NCBI RefSeq assembly: GCF_041146345.1
Contig: NW_027191413.1
Span: 2,046,001-2,110,000 of the forward strand
Length of the DNA: 64,000 bases
DNA from: Neodothiora populina
Lineage: Eukaryota
Reading direction: 5' to 3'
A program made the translations under genes and the position numbers. Shown here piece by piece: positions 61,458 to 64,000 of the stretch (within the stretch, counting starts at the first letter, position 1; every line of letters starts with the position of its first letter). The notes under the pieces are model-generated. The model was given only the letters and a program-made list of their open reading frames with translations, did no database searches and was not told the origin of the DNA.

Positions 61458-64000
61458 ATGGATTCCCACCTCGCACGAGCCGTGACGTGCGTATCAAATG
61501 TCATGCTCGACTTCCTCCTCGGTTCATCATAGCTCATGTCAAGCAGGAAGGCGCGTTCTATGGAAAAGCAGTTTGAACAAAAACTCGCAGACACCGCTAC
61601 ACCCCTCGAGGAAGTCATTGTTGCGCTTAAAGAGTGCGTCATGTAGTCTTTCGAATTTAAGTCCACTGTATTGATGTAATCAGTGTTCGCGCGGCAACAG
61701 ACGAAGCCCTCACACGCGACTTTCTCGAAGCCCGTACCGCTGGTGTGGAAACACTCCTATGGTTCGCTCACAGTCAATTGAATGCTCGTTTACGCAAGCA
61801 GTTGAACAAGGTCAGAACACTCTCGCCGAGCTGTGAGGAAGCAAAAGGAACACTTGCGCTGACACAGGCGTAGCTGCGCAAGGAGCGATCTAGCAAACCC
61901 GTAGAAACTCGCAAACTCACCAAGTTCTACCTCGAATTTCTCAAGGACAGCCTGCGCTATTATCGCGGATACATCCAGAAGCTGAATGCTCGCTTTGGCG
62001 GAATCGCCGAGCTGCAGCGCATTGCTCGTCAGGTCAAGTCAGAGCGTAAGCAGTCACGCGCTGTTCTCCTTTTCAGACGCATACACACATACTAACGCAT
62101 CTCAAAAGCTGTCCAACCAAATCTCCAGTCCGGGTTTCCTGCCAATGTCCAAGAACAGGTCATTCTGTCCTGCTATCAGACTCTGATCTACCTTGGAGAT
62201 CTGTTCAGGTATCGCGCAGCTGAGAGGCTTGACAAAGTGCCTGATTGGGGTCCGGCAATCGGCTACTACGCGCTTGCCGCTTCCTTGCGGGCCACGTCTG
62301 GAGTGGCCTTCCATCAGCAGTCTGTCGTCGCTTTCGAACAAGGCGACTATCTTCGCTCTACCTATCACCTCTATCGTGCAATAGTTGTCGAGGAACCCCA
62401 TCCGAACGCCGTTGCTAATCTTGAACTACAATTCAAGAAGATTATCGCAGGATGGAACAAGGGTGATCTTGTCCCGAAGAACCTCCCTCACGACAAGACA
62501 GCTTCGCGCAAGGCCTTGGTGGCGTGGTTCATCCGCTTCCACAGCATGTGCTATCGCGGCAAGCAGTTTTCTCAGTACGAGGAGCTGGAGAAGGAAGTTT
62601 TGAGCAGGACCGAATCAGAGCTGAAGAATGGTACTCTCGATGGGGTGTTGCCAAAGATCATGTTCATTAATTTCGCCGCCCAAGCTTGTGCTGCAACTCG
62701 ACTCCAGCAGGCCCCGGATCGCGAAGAGTACATGCAAGCTTACTTTTTCTTCCTCCGCCTGAACGTTAGATTTTTCATCACTTTGCTCGACAGCTACACC
62801 TCTGATCTGGACAAAGTCGGCACACGAGATCAAGGACCGAAAGGTGCAAGAGAACTTTCGCAAGCAATCACCGATCAGGCACGACACGTGTTGCCATGCC
62901 TCCGCCTTTACAGTGCATGGCTCCTCGGCAATGCGCATCTGGTCGCTGCAGGTGTAGGGGACGACGATCTACTGAAAAGTGTGGACCAATTCTGGATGAA
63001 ATACGCTTCTACCCTATCAGCTGTCGCCATCGCCTTCCCGTATACACAACTTCCAGAGGCAGGCTATCAGCTCGAGGAGGATGTCGATGCGTATGGCTTC
63101 TTGCCATTAATTTCAGAGCACACTCAAAGCCTATGGCGGACCCCTGGATCCACCGAAAACAAGCCCAAATTCAACGACATGGGTCTGCCGCGGTTGGCTG
63201 TCGACATCGAAATGCTTGCCAGGCTGCGAGATCTCCAATACGATGCCATGCGCTTAGCTGTGGACGATGTAAGTTCTTTTTGGTTACTGCTACATCAGGC
63301 AAATCTAATGTTGTAGGATGTTCCTATCACGTACGACGGCACAAGGTTCGTCGTCCAGGAGAAGCCTCCGGCCGAGGTCACGCAATCACCCATCAAGATC
63401 AAACCTCAATTAGAACAGATGCGACTCACACCACCAGCACCGGAGCAACAGACATCTTCAGAGAGGGTTCCTGAGACCGTCAGAGCACCGCCCAAGACTT
63501 ACACCATGGAAGCAAATCTGAGAAACATGGTCGATGATCTCGTTGGACCTGAAGATGATGACGAGAACCTCCCGCCAACGCCTCCAATGCAACAACAATC
63601 GGCAGCGATGCCCATGCTGAATGCTGCGACGGGAACTTACTTCGAGACTGATGTCAAGTACGGATCTTACAGCAAAGGCAGCTCTCCTCGACCAATTCCG
63701 CCGATCCGAACACCAGAGATCGGGCCGAACGTTGGTGGCTGGCAAACTAGAAGCTCGCAACGCATCCATTCGGTTTCCAGTGTCTGGAACGACATTCCTC
63801 ACAACACTAGTCCACTGACTCCTAATCCTCATACCGGTTTCGCAACGCGTCGCGTGTCTTCGAACGCGTCGATGTATCCTGTGCCAAGTGGTCGCGCAGG
63901 CCACACTCGTGTCAATTCAGCAACATCACTGAAGAGCTCACTCCCGAATCCAGATGGCTGGGATTCCTTTGAACCAACGCCGCAGCCCTTGATCGGAGGA
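61458..64000 (+). CDS. Est1/Ebs1 (SMG5/6/7-like) 14-3-3-like TPR-domain protein; runs off the window end
   Basis: Introns 61487-61546, 61634-61683, 61811-61873, 62046-62108 and 63269-63316 give one open frame with LLWFAH, SCYQTLIYLGDLFRYR, AIGYYALA, GVAFHQ, YHLYRA, PHPNAVANL, LEEDVDAYGFLPL. Confidence 0.88.

Overview
Gene-dense segment of a filamentous ascomycete nuclear chromosome. It has short GT-AG introns with CTRAC/CTAAT branch points; a Eurotiomycete/black-yeast-like origin is my inference only. I reconstructed 21 protein-coding genes by hand, most of them spliced: lipin PAH1 (partial), an FnIII/coiled-coil polyQ protein, carboxypeptidase Y, SDO1/SBDS, RPS18, a GH13_5-type intracellular alpha-amylase, a large DH-like protein, an ExoIII/APE-family nuclease, GPI3/PIG-A, DBP6, a GNAT, an Aim3-like proline-rich protein, an aspergillopepsin-like protease, a Mn-type CDF transporter divergent from a ferric reductase, CPS1/DIP2, a PHD-finger protein, YSH1/CPSF73, TAF4, a ZNF511-like C2H2 protein and an Est1/Ebs1-like gene (partial). 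I recognised no transposon, tRNA, rRNA or CRISPR array. The best candidate for an undescribed system is the 312-nt second intron of YSH1. It splits the catalytic HxHxDH motif, begins with an in-frame stop, and contains a long-range RNA stem whose loop carries a poly(A)-signal-like UGUA/A-rich/U-rich block. This suggests autoregulation of the 3'-end endonuclease by intronic cleavage/polyadenylation. Secondary signals are upstream ORFs in front of the Est1/Ebs1-like gene, a recurrent intergenic TAAGGTA motif with palindromic versions, and many AAG splice acceptors.
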